Origin: Breznakia sp. PF5-3
Lineage (GTDB): Bacteria; Bacillota_I; Bacilli_A; Erysipelotrichales; Erysipelotrichaceae
DNA length: 32,000 bases
Assembly: GCF_029504745.1 (NCBI RefSeq)
Contig: NZ_JAQFIQ010000029.1
Coordinates: 104 to 32,103, forward strand
Direction of reading: 5' to 3'
In this document: piece by piece, positions 10,728 through 19,322 of the stretch
Numbering within the stretch: position 1 is the stretch's first letter
Layout of the letters: the number at the start of each line of letters is the position of its first letter
Program-made: the position numbers and the translations under genes
The notes under the pieces: generated by a model
Told to the model about the DNA's origin: nothing
The model's database searches: none
What the model saw: the letters and a program-made list of their open reading frames with translations, nothing else

Positions 10728-11372
10728 ATGAACATTTTGATTATGGGGGGACCTGGTGCTGGAAAAGGTACAATGTCCTTAAAAATCGTTGAAAAGTTTA
10801 ACGTTTTACATATATCGACGGGTGATATTTTCAGAAGTGAAATTGGAAAACAAACAGCTTTGGGAATGGAAGCCAAGAAATATATGGATCAAGGTCTATT
10901 AGTTCCGGATGAGGTTACGAACCCAATGGTAAAAAGCTTTATTGAAAAGCAAGATATAAAGAATGGGTATTTACTAGATGGATACCCAAGAACATTAGCA
11001 CAAGCAAAAGCATTTGATGAATTAGTAAAAGGTACAGATATGGAAATCGATAAGGTTCTTACATTAGAGATTCCCTTTGAAAAATTAGCTGTTCGTATTA
11101 CAGGACGCCGTCTATGTAAAGGATGTGATGCAATCTATCATATAGATAATCATCCATCAAAAGAAGAAGGTATTTGTGATATTTGTGGAAGCGAATTGTA
11201 TCAACGTGATGATGACACGGTAGAAAGTCTATCGGTTCGTTTAGAAGAGTATTCAAAAAATGCTGATCCAATTCTTGATTACTATGGTGATAGAGTTGTA
11301 GTAATTAATGCAGATCAAAGTGCTGATGAAGTTTGGCAGGATATTCAAAATGCTTTAGGAGGTAACGCATGA
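10728..11372 (+). CDS. adk: Adenylate kinase (Cys4 zinc lid type)
   Basis: GGPGAGKGT P-loop. The lid has CKGC...CDIC. The TGA stop overlaps the map start (ATGA). Confidence 0.96.
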   Translation: MNILIMGGPGAGKGTMSLKIVEKFNVLHISTGDIFRSEIGKQTALGMEAKKYMDQGLLVPDEVTNPMVKSFIEKQDIKNGYLLDGYPRTLAQAKAFDELVKGTDMEIDKVLTLEIPFEKLAVRITGRRLCKGCDAIYHIDNHPSKEEGICDICGSELYQRDDDTVESLSVRLEEYSKNADPILDYYGDRVVVINADQSADEVWQDIQNALGGNA

Positions 11373-12136
11373 TTACATGTAAATCTGCTAGAGAAATTGA
11401 ATTGATGAAAAAAGCTGGGGAAATCGTTGCACTTGCACATGTTGCAGCGAAGAAAGCTATCAAGCCAGGATTAAATACAATCGAATTAGATAAAATTTGT
11501 GAAGATGTAATTCTGGCCAATGATGCCACACCTTCGTTTAAAGGGTTATATGGTTTCCCTAATGCTTGTTGTATATCTGTGAATAACGTGTTAGTTCATG
11601 GTATTCCTAATAAGAAAACGATCCTTAAAGAAGGAGATATCGTTTCTGTTGATATTGGAGCTTGTTATAAAGGATATCACGGTGATTCAGCTTGGACATA
11701 TCCAGTTGGAAAAATAAGTGAAGAAACGCAAAAATTATTGGACGTAACGGAACAATCGTTATATGAGGGATTAAAACTAGCGAAAGCTGGAAATCGTTTA
11801 ACTGATATTTCTCATGCGATTGAAACACATGTCCATAAGTATAATTTCTCAATTCCAAAAGACTATACAGGTCATGGAATAGGGACAAGTGTACATGAAG
11901 ATCCAACCGTACCTAATTTTGGTAAACCTGGCTTAGGTGTATTACTGAAAAAGGGAATGACTTTGGCAATTGAACCAATGGTTCATGCAGGAAGACCACA
12001 AACAAAAGTTTTAGATGATGATTGGACTGTGGTAACTGCAGATGGTTCATTGGCAGCGCATTTCGAACATACGGTTGTCATTGACGAAGATAAGTGTGAA
12101 ATATTGACAAAATTACATAATAATGTGGAGGAATAA
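11369..12136 (+). CDS. map: Type I methionine aminopeptidase
   Basis: 255 aa. Metal-ligand motifs [23 protein letters not shown] and FEHT. Confidence 0.95.
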   Translation: MITCKSAREIELMKKAGEIVALAHVAAKKAIKPGLNTIELDKICEDVILANDATPSFKGLYGFPNACCISVNNVLVHGIPNKKTILKEGDIVSVDIGACYKGYHGDSAWTYPVGKISEETQKLLDVTEQSLYEGLKLAKAGNRLTDISHAIETHVHKYNFSIPKDYTGHGIGTSVHEDPTVPNFGKPGLGVLLKKGMTLAIEPMVHAGRPQTKVLDDDWTVVTADGSLAAHFEHTVVIDEDKCEILTKLHNNVEE

Positions 12137-12138
12137 GA

Positions 12139-12357
12139 ATGGCTAAACAAGACGTTATTGAAATTGATGGCATTGTAGAAGATACACTTCCAAATGCAAT
12201 GTTTAAAGTGAAATTGGAAAACGGGCACGAAATAATGGCTCACGTTTCTGGTAAAATCCGTATGCATTACATTCGCATTTTACCAGGCGATCGTGTTACC
12301 GTTGAAATTTCACCGTATGATTTAACACGTGGGCGTATAACATTCCGTCATAAGTAA
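12139..12357 (+). CDS. infA: Translation initiation factor IF-1
   Basis: 72 aa. [35 protein letters not shown] motif. Confidence 0.98.
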   Translation: MAKQDVIEIDGIVEDTLPNAMFKVKLENGHEIMAHVSGKIRMHYIRILPGDRVTVEISPYDLTRGRITFRHK

Positions 12358-12376
12358 CGGATAGGAGGATTTTATT

Positions 12377-12490
12377 ATGAAAGTAAGACCATCAGTAAAG
12401 CCGATTTGTGACAAATGTCGCATAATCAAGAGAAAAGGTCGTGTTATGGTGATTTGCGAAAATCCTAAACACAAACAAAGACAAGGATAA
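12377..12490 (+). CDS. rpmJ: 50S ribosomal protein L36
   Basis: Not in the ORF track because it is only 37 aa. I translated [37 protein letters not shown] from ATG 12377 to TAA 12488-12490, with AGGAGG 7 nt upstream. Confidence 0.95.
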   Translation: MKVRPSVKPICDKCRIIKRKGRVMVICENPKHKQRQG

Positions 12491-12504
12491 GAGAGGTAAG
12501 AAAT

Positions 12505-12870
12505 ATGGCTCGTATTGCAGGAGTAGACATTCCACGCGATAAGCGTGTAGTTGTTTCATTAACATATGTATACGGAATCGGACGCACTACAGCAAGCAAA
12601 GTATTAGCTGCAGCTGGTGTAGATGAAAACATCCGTGTAAAAGATTTAAGTGAAGAACAACTGAATAAGATTCGTAAAGAAGTCGATTCAGTTAAAGTAG
12701 AAGGGGATTTGCGTCGTGAAGTTCAATTAAACGTTAAACGTTTGATGGAAATTGCATCATACCGTGGAATCCGTCATAGAAGAGGTTTGCCTGTTCGTGG
12801 ACAACGTACGAAAACAAATGCTCGTACGCGTAAAGGTCCTGTTCGTACAGTTGCAAACAAAAAGAAATAA
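12505..12870 (+). CDS. rpsM: 30S ribosomal protein S13
   Basis: [16 protein letters not shown]-terminus, 121 aa. Confidence 0.98.
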   Translation: MARIAGVDIPRDKRVVVSLTYVYGIGRTTASKVLAAAGVDENIRVKDLSEEQLNKIRKEVDSVKVEGDLRREVQLNVKRLMEIASYRGIRHRRGLPVRGQRTKTNARTRKGPVRTVANKKK

Positions 12871-12888
12871 GCAAGGAGGTAGATGAAA

Positions 12889-13284
12889 ATGGCAAAAGTA
12901 AAAAAAGGTGCTTCTCGTAAGCGTCGTATAAAGAAGAATATTGCAAAAGGTTGTGCTCACATTCATTCTACATTTAACAATACAATTGTTACAATTAGTG
13001 ATGAAGGTGGAAACGCTGTTGCTTGGTCAAGTGCTGGAGCTTTAGGGTTTAAAGGTTCTCGTAAATCTACACCTTATGCAGCTCAAATGGCTGGAGAAGC
13101 AGCTGGTAAGGCTGCAATGGAACATGGTATGAAAACTGTATCTGTAAATGTCAAAGGACCAGGTCCTGGGCGTGAAGCAGCAGTTAGAGCATTGCAAGTA
13201 GCAGGATTAGAAATTACATTGATTAACGATGTAACACCTATTCCTCATAATGGATGTCGTCCACCGAAACGACCACGTGGATAA
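12889..13284 (+). CDS. rpsK: 30S ribosomal protein S11
   Basis: [18 protein letters not shown] motif. ATG at 12889 lies 9 nt after AGGAGG (12874-12879); ATG at 12883 is only 3 nt away. Confidence 0.95.
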   Translation: MAKVKKGASRKRRIKKNIAKGCAHIHSTFNNTIVTISDEGGNAVAWSSAGALGFKGSRKSTPYAAQMAGEAAGKAAMEHGMKTVSVNVKGPGPGREAAVRALQVAGLEITLINDVTPIPHNGCRPPKRPRG

Positions 13285-13309
13285 TAACCAAAAACAATGA
13301 GGAGGTAAT

Positions 13310-14275
13310 ATGAAAATGCAAAAATTTGAACGTGCGCAGTTTGAAGTGAAAGAATTTATTGATTCTGAAAATTATGGAAAGTTTGTAATCGAACCTCTTG
13401 AAAGAGGATTTGGTACAACAATTGGAAATGCATTGAGACGTGTATTATTATCTTCCTTACCAGGAGGAGCAGTCTTTTCAATTAAAGTTGATGGAGTGTT
13501 CCACGAATTTACTTCGATTCCTGGAGTGAAAGAAGATGTAACATCAATTATTTTAAACCTTAAGAATTTGATTCTTACGATTGAAGATGATGAAATTCAT
13601 ACCCTTCATATAGCCAAAAAAGGTTATGGAGAAGTATATGCTTCTGATATCGAATGTCCAGATGGAGTGGAAATCTTAAATAAAGATTTATATATTTGTA
13701 CAATTGAAGAAGGACATACTTTGGAAATGGAATTACAAGCAAGAAATGGTAGAGGTTACGTGAGTGCTGATCAAAATAAACACTTATACCAAGGACCTAA
13801 TCAACCATTAGGAATTATTTATACAGATTCTATTTATACACCAATTGAGAAAGTATCTTACAATGTAGAGCCAACACGTGTTGGTCAAGATGCTTCTTAT
13901 GATAAAGTAGAATTGGAAATCTGGACAAATGGATCAATCACTCCTCAAGAATCTATCGCATTAGGTTCTAAGATCTTGATTGATCACTTAGAATTATTAA
14001 CAAATGTACATGAAGTTGTTAACGATATGGAATCTGTAATGAAAGATGTGCAAGGTGAAGTTGTTAACAAAGGGCTTGTAATGATGATTGAAGATCTAGA
14101 CTTATCAGTTCGTTCATATAACTGTTTAAAACGTGCAGGAATTCAAACGGTTGAAGAGCTTACACAAAAAACAGAAGATGAAATGATGAGAGTTAGAAAC
14201 TTAGGTAAGAAATCATTAAAAGAAGTAAAAGACAAAATTTATGATTTGGGGCTTAGCTTCAAATCTTATGAATAA
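13310..14275 (+). CDS. rpoA: DNA-directed RNA polymerase subunit alpha
   Basis: GKFVIEPLERGFGTTIGNALRRVLLSSLPG motif and a C-terminal domain with LDLSVRSYNCLKRAGI. An alternative start is at 13316. Confidence 0.97.
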   Translation: MKMQKFERAQFEVKEFIDSENYGKFVIEPLERGFGTTIGNALRRVLLSSLPGGAVFSIKVDGVFHEFTSIPGVKEDVTSIILNLKNLILTIEDDEIHTLHIAKKGYGEVYASDIECPDGVEILNKDLYICTIEEGHTLEMELQARNGRGYVSADQNKHLYQGPNQPLGIIYTDSIYTPIEKVSYNVEPTRVGQDASYDKVELEIWTNGSITPQESIALGSKILIDHLELLTNVHEVVNDMESVMKDVQGEVVNKGLVMMIEDLDLSVRSYNCLKRAGIQTVEELTQKTEDEMMRVRNLGKKSLKEVKDKIYDLGLSFKSYE

Positions 14276-14299
14276 GATGTAAAGGAGGATTAAGTCTTT

Positions 14300-14665
14300 A
14301 TGAAAAATCGTAAATTAGGACGTACTGCAGATCATCGTAAAGCTATGCTTAGAAATCTAGCTACTTCTGTTATTATTTCTGAAAGCGTTGAAACTACGGA
14401 AATGAAAGCAAAAGAAGTGAGTTCAGTTGTGGAAAAATTGATCACATTAGCGAAAAGAGGAGATTTACATGCTCGTCGTCAAGCAGCTAGCTATGTTAGA
14501 GATGTTGTAGCAGATGAAGAAACTGGACAAACAGCTCTTCAAAAACTATTTACGGAAATTGGACCTATGTATAAAGACCGTAATGGTGGGTATACAAGAG
14601 TTGTGAAAACAAGAAATCGCCGTGGTGATAATGCTACAATGGCAATTGTTCAATTAGTTAAATAA
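14300..14665 (+). CDS. rplQ: 50S ribosomal protein L17
   Basis: [21 protein letters not shown]-terminal motif, 121 aa. Confidence 0.97.
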   Translation: MKNRKLGRTADHRKAMLRNLATSVIISESVETTEMKAKEVSSVVEKLITLAKRGDLHARRQAASYVRDVVADEETGQTALQKLFTEIGPMYKDRNGGYTRVVKTRNRRGDNATMAIVQLVK

Positions 14666-14674
14666 ATATAAAGA

Positions 14675-14701
14675 AAGACATCATTAAGATGTCTTTTTTT
14701 C
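14675..14701 (+). terminator. Rho-independent terminator after rplQ
   Basis: 8-bp stem AAGACATC (14675-14682) with GATGTCTT (14688-14695), 5-nt loop, then a T-run to 14701. Confidence 0.8.
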
Positions 14702-14778
14702 GTTTGAATAATTTTTTTATTCTAAACACATGATAATTTTTTAAGAATAGTGTATTCTATTATAGTCAGGAGAATACA

Positions 14779-15612
14779 ATGAATGAAATGATAGAAATAA
14801 TGGAACATGCATTGGAAGATAGTTTGCCAATGCTTCCAGTATTGTTTATAGCGTATTTCATATTAGAAATCTATGAACATCGAAGCAATGAAGATAGTGA
14901 ATATGTACTACTTAAAAAATATGGGCCACTTTTTGGGTCTTTTTTAGGAATCATACCGCAGTGTGGTGTAAGTATTGTTGCTGCTACTATGTTCTTAGAT
15001 AAGAAGATTACGATAGGAACGTTGATTAGTATTTTTATTGTTACCAGTGATGAAGCAGTTCCAATATTACTTGCCAATCCAGAGTTATATGGAAGTATTT
15101 TACAATTAATTGTTGTGAAAGTCATTGTGGCAATTGCTGTAGGATATTTTGTTGATGCTGTATTTAAGCAATTTAAAATGTATAATGGGAAGTATACAAC
15201 AAGTAAAAGTCAAAGCTGTGATACGCATGAATCGACATTGGTTGCTGCTTTAAAACATACAGTAAAGATTTTTGGTTTTATCTTATTGGTAAACTTATTA
15301 CTTACTTTTGTTTTGCATGAAGTAGGCGAAGATACATTATCAAAGGTACTACTTACAGATACAGTTTTTCAGCCAGTAATAGCAGCTTTATTTGGATTTA
15401 TTCCAAATTGTGCTGCAAGTGTCGTTTTGACACAATTGTTTGCTTCTGGTATCTTATCATTTGGAGCGTTGAGTGCTGGACTTATTACAAATGCAGGATT
15501 GGGATTATTAATCTTATTGAGATATCGGATTGATAAAAAGTATTTCTTATTTATTATTTCAGTTTTATTTGTCGCAGCTATTCTAACAGGTAGTGTACTA
15601 AGTTTCTTTTAG
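14779..15612 (+). CDS. Polytopic membrane protein, ArsP_2 (putative 10-TM metal exporter, ex-DUF2899)-like
   Basis: 277 aa and highly hydrophobic. Two internally repeated motifs, GIIPQCGVSIV and GFIPNCAASVV. The family call is from memory of Pfam PF11449. Confidence 0.5.
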   Translation: MNEMIEIMEHALEDSLPMLPVLFIAYFILEIYEHRSNEDSEYVLLKKYGPLFGSFLGIIPQCGVSIVAATMFLDKKITIGTLISIFIVTSDEAVPILLANPELYGSILQLIVVKVIVAIAVGYFVDAVFKQFKMYNGKYTTSKSQSCDTHESTLVAALKHTVKIFGFILLVNLLLTFVLHEVGEDTLSKVLLTDTVFQPVIAALFGFIPNCAASVVLTQLFASGILSFGALSAGLITNAGLGLLILLRYRIDKKYFLFIISVLFVAAILTGSVLSFF

Positions 15613-15645
15613 TAAGAAAGGAATTTGATACAAAGTGGAGGATTT

Positions 15646-16809
15646 ATGAAAAAATTAGGGATCATATTTGGGATACTCTGTTTATTGGTTGGTTGCGGAG
15701 AAGAGAAAAAGCAAGAACCAATTGTAAAAGAGGAACCTAAAGATACAGTAGTAAGTTTTGTTGGTGTAGGAGATAATCTGATTCATGGCTCGATTTATCG
15801 CGAAGCTGATGGTTTTGCAGGTGAGATGAATGATGAAGAGTATGATTTTAAGCCAATGTATAAACAAGTTAAAAAAGATATTAAAAAGGCAGATATTTCT
15901 TTTATCAACCAGGAAACGATTCTTGGTGGTGATGAATTAGGGCTATCAGGATATCCTGCTTTTAATTCGCCTACATCGATTGCTGAAGATTTAAATGATA
16001 CAGGTTTCAATTTATATAATTTAGCGAGTAATCATTCTTTGGATCGAAGTAGTGATGGAATTATAAACGCTTTACAAGCGTTTGATAAGCTGGAAGGCAT
16101 TACATATAGTGGAATATCTGATAGTGAGGAAAGGGCTTCACAAATTGCTGTATTTGAACGAGAGGGGATAACTTTTTCGTTTCTTTCTTATACATATGGG
16201 ACAAATGGTATCGAACCAATGAATGCGTATGAAGTTTCATATTTTGATGAAGAAAAAATTAAGAATGATGTAGCAAAAGCAAAAACAATAAGTGATGTTG
16301 TGATTGTATCTGCTCACTGGGGAGATGAGAATACATTTGAACCTAATGACATGCAGAAAAAATATGCACAATTATTTGCTGATCTAGATGTCGATGTTGT
16401 TATTGGAACACATCCCCATGTCATTCAACCAATTGAATGGTTAGAGGGTACAAATGGAAATCAAACACTAGTTGTATATTCCCTGGGAAATTTTCTTGGT
16501 GGGATGCTGGGGGTAGACAATATTCTATCAGGAATGATAAGTTTTGATTTTATTAAAGATGTGAAAACAGAGGATATTCGCATTGAAAATGTGAAGTGGA
16601 CACCATTGGTTATTCACTTTGAGGGAAATCAAAATAATATTGTTGATGATCGTTACAACTATGCAGTATATAAACTAGAGGATTATTCAGATAAATTAGC
16701 AAAAAAACATGTGCTTAACGGTTATGAAGGGCAACGTGTAGACCAATTATTGTTGGTAGAGAAAACAAAACAAGTTATTAATAAGTCATTTTACACTGAG
16801 GATAAGTAA
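15646..16809 (+). CDS. CapA/PGA_cap-family metallophosphatase lipoprotein
   Basis: Signal peptide MKKLGIIFGILCLLVGC with a lipobox. VGDNLIH, LASNHSLD, SAHWGDE, GTHPHVIQP and SLGNF motifs. The TTG at 15625 in the ORF track contains the SD GGAGGA for ATG 15646. Confidence 0.75.
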   Translation: MKKLGIIFGILCLLVGCGEEKKQEPIVKEEPKDTVVSFVGVGDNLIHGSIYREADGFAGEMNDEEYDFKPMYKQVKKDIKKADISFINQETILGGDELGLSGYPAFNSPTSIAEDLNDTGFNLYNLASNHSLDRSSDGIINALQAFDKLEGITYSGISDSEERASQIAVFEREGITFSFLSYTYGTNGIEPMNAYEVSYFDEEKIKNDVAKAKTISDVVIVSAHWGDENTFEPNDMQKKYAQLFADLDVDVVIGTHPHVIQPIEWLEGTNGNQTLVVYSLGNFLGGMLGVDNILSGMISFDFIKDVKTEDIRIENVKWTPLVIHFEGNQNNIVDDRYNYAVYKLEDYSDKLAKKHVLNGYEGQRVDQLLLVEKTKQVINKSFYTEDK

Positions 16810-17391
16810 ATGGAAAATACAATTAAACAGATGGAACAATATGCAAAGAAAAATAATATACCAATCATGGAGCATGAAGGAATAGAATTTTTAGCCACAT
16901 ATATTAAAAATCATGAAGTGAAAACCATTTTAGAACTTGGAAGTGCGATTGGTTATTCTGCAATTCAAATGGCTAGGATTAACAAAGATATTCATGTGGT
17001 TACAGTAGAACGTGATGAAAAGCGATATCAAGAAGCATTAAAAAATTTAAAAACTACAAAACTGGAAGAGCAAGTTGATATTTATCTTGCAGATGCACTA
17101 ACCTTTTCTACGGATCAAAAATATGATTTGATTTTTATTGATGCAGCGAAAGCACAATATATTAAATTTTTTGAACGTTATAAGAAGAACTTGAAGGATG
17201 ATGGTGTAATCATTAGTGATAATTTAAAATTTCATGGAATGGTGGATACACAGGAACGAATTAAAAATCGCAATACTAGACAGTTAGTGAATAAAATTAA
17301 AAAGTATATATATTTTTTAGAAGATAATGATGAATTTTCAACAAGCTTCTATGATATCGGTGATGGAATTGCAATTAGCAAACGTAAATAA
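16810..17391 (+). CDS. trmR: Class I SAM-dependent O-methyltransferase, YrrM/TrmR-like (family 3 OMT)
   Basis: 193 aa. ILELGSAIGYSAIQMA (SAM binding), FIDAAKAQY, SDNLKFHG and a C-terminal GDGIAISKRK. The start abuts the capA-like stop. Confidence 0.65.
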   Translation: MENTIKQMEQYAKKNNIPIMEHEGIEFLATYIKNHEVKTILELGSAIGYSAIQMARINKDIHVVTVERDEKRYQEALKNLKTTKLEEQVDIYLADALTFSTDQKYDLIFIDAAKAQYIKFFERYKKNLKDDGVIISDNLKFHGMVDTQERIKNRNTRQLVNKIKKYIYFLEDNDEFSTSFYDIGDGIAISKRK

Positions 17392-17472
17392 TTTTTAATT
17401 GAAATAGTTTGATTAGTAAAATATATTTGTTTTATGATATAATAATTCTAGACATGTAGTGGAGGATAATCT

Positions 17473-17997
17473 ATGAAAAAAACATTAGGATTATTGGCCG
17501 TTGTTGGAGCAGCAGCTGCAGTAGTGGCATACAAGATGAAAAAAGATGAAGTTAAGAAAGACATCAAACAGCTTGATGAGGATAATGGAGAAAGAATTTT
17601 ACGTACAGTTGAAGAACAAGGATTTGAACCTATTGATTATGATAGTAAGCCAGAACCCTTTTCAGCTAAGACGTTTCCTCATTTAGAAGAAAAGGACATT
17701 ATTGAAATTACCAAAGCAAGTGAAGAAGAATTTAAAAAACTAGGCGATGTGGATGTAAATGAAGAGCGTCCAATTCAACACAATGTTAAATTTAAAAAAG
17801 AAATTGATTTAGAAGAATTTAAAAATATTGTGATTGGTGAAGGATATGTAGTAACAAATGGAGAAGGTGAAAACGAACTTCTAATATTACATATATCAAA
17901 AATGGATCAAGATGATATTTCTTCAAAAGTATTCTATTTAGCGGACTTGGCAAAAGCTCATGATGGTGAATACAACGGATGGATATGTAAACAATAA
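17473..17997 (+). CDS. Membrane-anchored hypothetical protein with a C-terminal RraB-like domain
   Basis: N-terminal TM LGLLAVVGAAAAVVAY and an acidic linker. The C-terminal region IQHNV...EGYVVTN...LADLAKAHDGEYNGW matches the pattern of E. coli RraB (IEHHL...GYEVT...EYDGWG). Confidence 0.4.
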   Translation: MKKTLGLLAVVGAAAAVVAYKMKKDEVKKDIKQLDEDNGERILRTVEEQGFEPIDYDSKPEPFSAKTFPHLEEKDIIEITKASEEEFKKLGDVDVNEERPIQHNVKFKKEIDLEEFKNIVIGEGYVVTNGEGENELLILHISKMDQDDISSKVFYLADLAKAHDGEYNGWICKQ

Positions 17998-18028
17998 AAC
18001 GAAGATTTATCTTCGTTTTATTCTTTTT
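17996..18028 (+). terminator. Rho-independent terminator
   Basis: AAAACGAAG (17996-18004) with CTTCGTTTT (18011-18019), followed by ATTCTTTTT. The T-run runs directly into the SD of the next gene. Confidence 0.75.
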
Positions 18029-18038
18029 GGAGGTATGT

Positions 18039-18434
18039 ATGAAATTTATAAAGTTGGGTTTATCGTTCATTGCGTTAGGTTGCTTTATGATGGTTTGCAT
18101 TCTTGTTTTGGATTTGAAAAATGAATATATGATAATGAGTTCTTTAGCTTTTGTTTTGCTGGGTGGATTTATTATCAGTGCTAAAGATTTTCGAAAAAAT
18201 AAATGTATAAGTAAAAAATTGGGAGCTTTCATAGTATTTCTATTATCCTTTTCCTTGTTTTGGACAATACTATATGTATTTGCAAAAAGTGGAGGATATT
18301 TAATATCAGAAAATATAGATTTTATTTTATTGCTATTGAATAGTGGAGTGATGGGAGGAAGTCTCTTTATTGTGTTACGTGAATCTAAAAAAGCACGTCA
18401 ATTTTTTGTATCACTTTTGGATGTTTTCTTTTAG
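18039..18434 (+). CDS. Hypothetical 4-TM membrane protein
   Basis: 131 aa, four hydrophobic segments. ATG at 18039 lies 5 nt after GGAGG (18029-18033); the ORF-track TTG at 18027 overlaps the SD. No family recognised. Confidence 0.55.
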   Translation: MKFIKLGLSFIALGCFMMVCILVLDLKNEYMIMSSLAFVLLGGFIISAKDFRKNKCISKKLGAFIVFLLSFSLFWTILYVFAKSGGYLISENIDFILLLLNSGVMGGSLFIVLRESKKARQFFVSLLDVFF

Positions 18435-18494
18435 CCATATTCATTGTGTCTTGACACAAAAAATAGTATAATAAGAACAATTTGAGGTAAGCTG

Positions 18495-19322
18495 ATGGAA
18501 ATAATAAAAGTAAAAAATCTAAACTTCTCATATGATGAAACGACACCTACAATCAAGGATGTTTCTTTTTCTGTGGAAGAGGGAAGTTATACAACGATTG
18601 TGGGACACAACGGAAGTGGAAAAAGTACTATTGCTAAACTTTTGGATGGGCTTTTAGAAAAGAAGAGTGGTTCTATTGAAATTGGTGGATTAGAGTTAAA
18701 TGAAGCAAATATCTACAAAATACGAGAACAGGTTGGGATTGTATTTCAAAATCCAGATAATCAATTTATTGGGGCAACGGTTGCAGATGATATTGCTTTT
18801 GGTTTAGAAAATCAACAAGTTCCAAGTGATGAAATGCCTAAGATTATAGAGCAGTATGCCAAAAAAGTAAATATGTATGATTTTTTGGATAAAGAACCAA
18901 CGAAGCTTTCAGGCGGACAGAAACAAAGAGTGGCAATCGCAGGGGTTTTGGCGATGAATTTGAAAGTCATCATTTTAGATGAAGCTACGAGTATGTTGGA
19001 TCCACAAGGGAAAGTAGAGATTAATGCATTAGTAAACGAATTACATGAAAAAAGCAATCTTACGATTATTTCGATTACCCACGATATGGAAGAGGTATTA
19101 CGCAGTGATCATGTACTGGTGATGGACAATGGTGAAGTTAAGATAAGTGGGACACCAGAGGAAGTTTTAAGTAATGAAAAAGAATTGATAGATTTGAAAT
19201 TGGATTTACCTTTTGTGTATAAAATGCAAAAGGAATTATATAATGTAGGATTTGAATTTGAAAAGCAATTAGAACTAGAAGGAGTTGTTGAATCGTTATG
19301 TCAATTGAATTTAAAGCGTTAA
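18495..19322 (+). CDS. ecfA1: Energy-coupling factor (ECF) transporter ATPase EcfA1
   Basis: Walker A GHNGSGKST, signature LSGGQKQRVAIAG, Walker B IILDEATS. Canonical position upstream of ecfA2-ecfT-truA. Confidence 0.93.
   Translation: MEIIKVKNLNFSYDETTPTIKDVSFSVEEGSYTTIVGHNGSGKSTIAKLLDGLLEKKSGSIEIGGLELNEANIYKIREQVGIVFQNPDNQFIGATVADDIAFGLENQQVPSDEMPKIIEQYAKKVNMYDFLDKEPTKLSGGQKQRVAIAGVLAMNLKVIILDEATSMLDPQGKVEINALVNELHEKSNLTIISITHDMEEVLRSDHVLVMDNGEVKISGTPEEVLSNEKELIDLKLDLPFVYKMQKELYNVGFEFEKQLELEGVVESLCQLNLKR

Noticed and set aside
13285-13309. Absence of rpsD (S4) between rpsK and rpoA
   Set aside because: This is the normal arrangement in Firmicutes, where rpsD is unlinked, so it is not an anomaly.
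15625-15645. Longer N-terminal extensions suggested by the ORF track, from TTG/GTG/ATG starts at 484, 15625, 18027, 20900, 22748, 23775, 24481, 29069(-) and 31501(-)
   Set aside because: In each case the upstream start overlaps or precedes the obvious SD, or lies inside the preceding gene. An in-frame ATG with proper 5-10 nt SD spacing gives the conserved N-terminus. Examples are the lipoprotein signal MKKLG, truA MRYKV and L13 MRQTTF.
17819-18232. 137-aa minus-strand ORF spanning the RraB-like gene end, the terminator and the 4-TM gene start
   Set aside because: It crosses a bidirectionally structured terminator and is antisense to two better-supported genes. It has no SD and an AT-driven Lys/Ile/Phe-rich composition.
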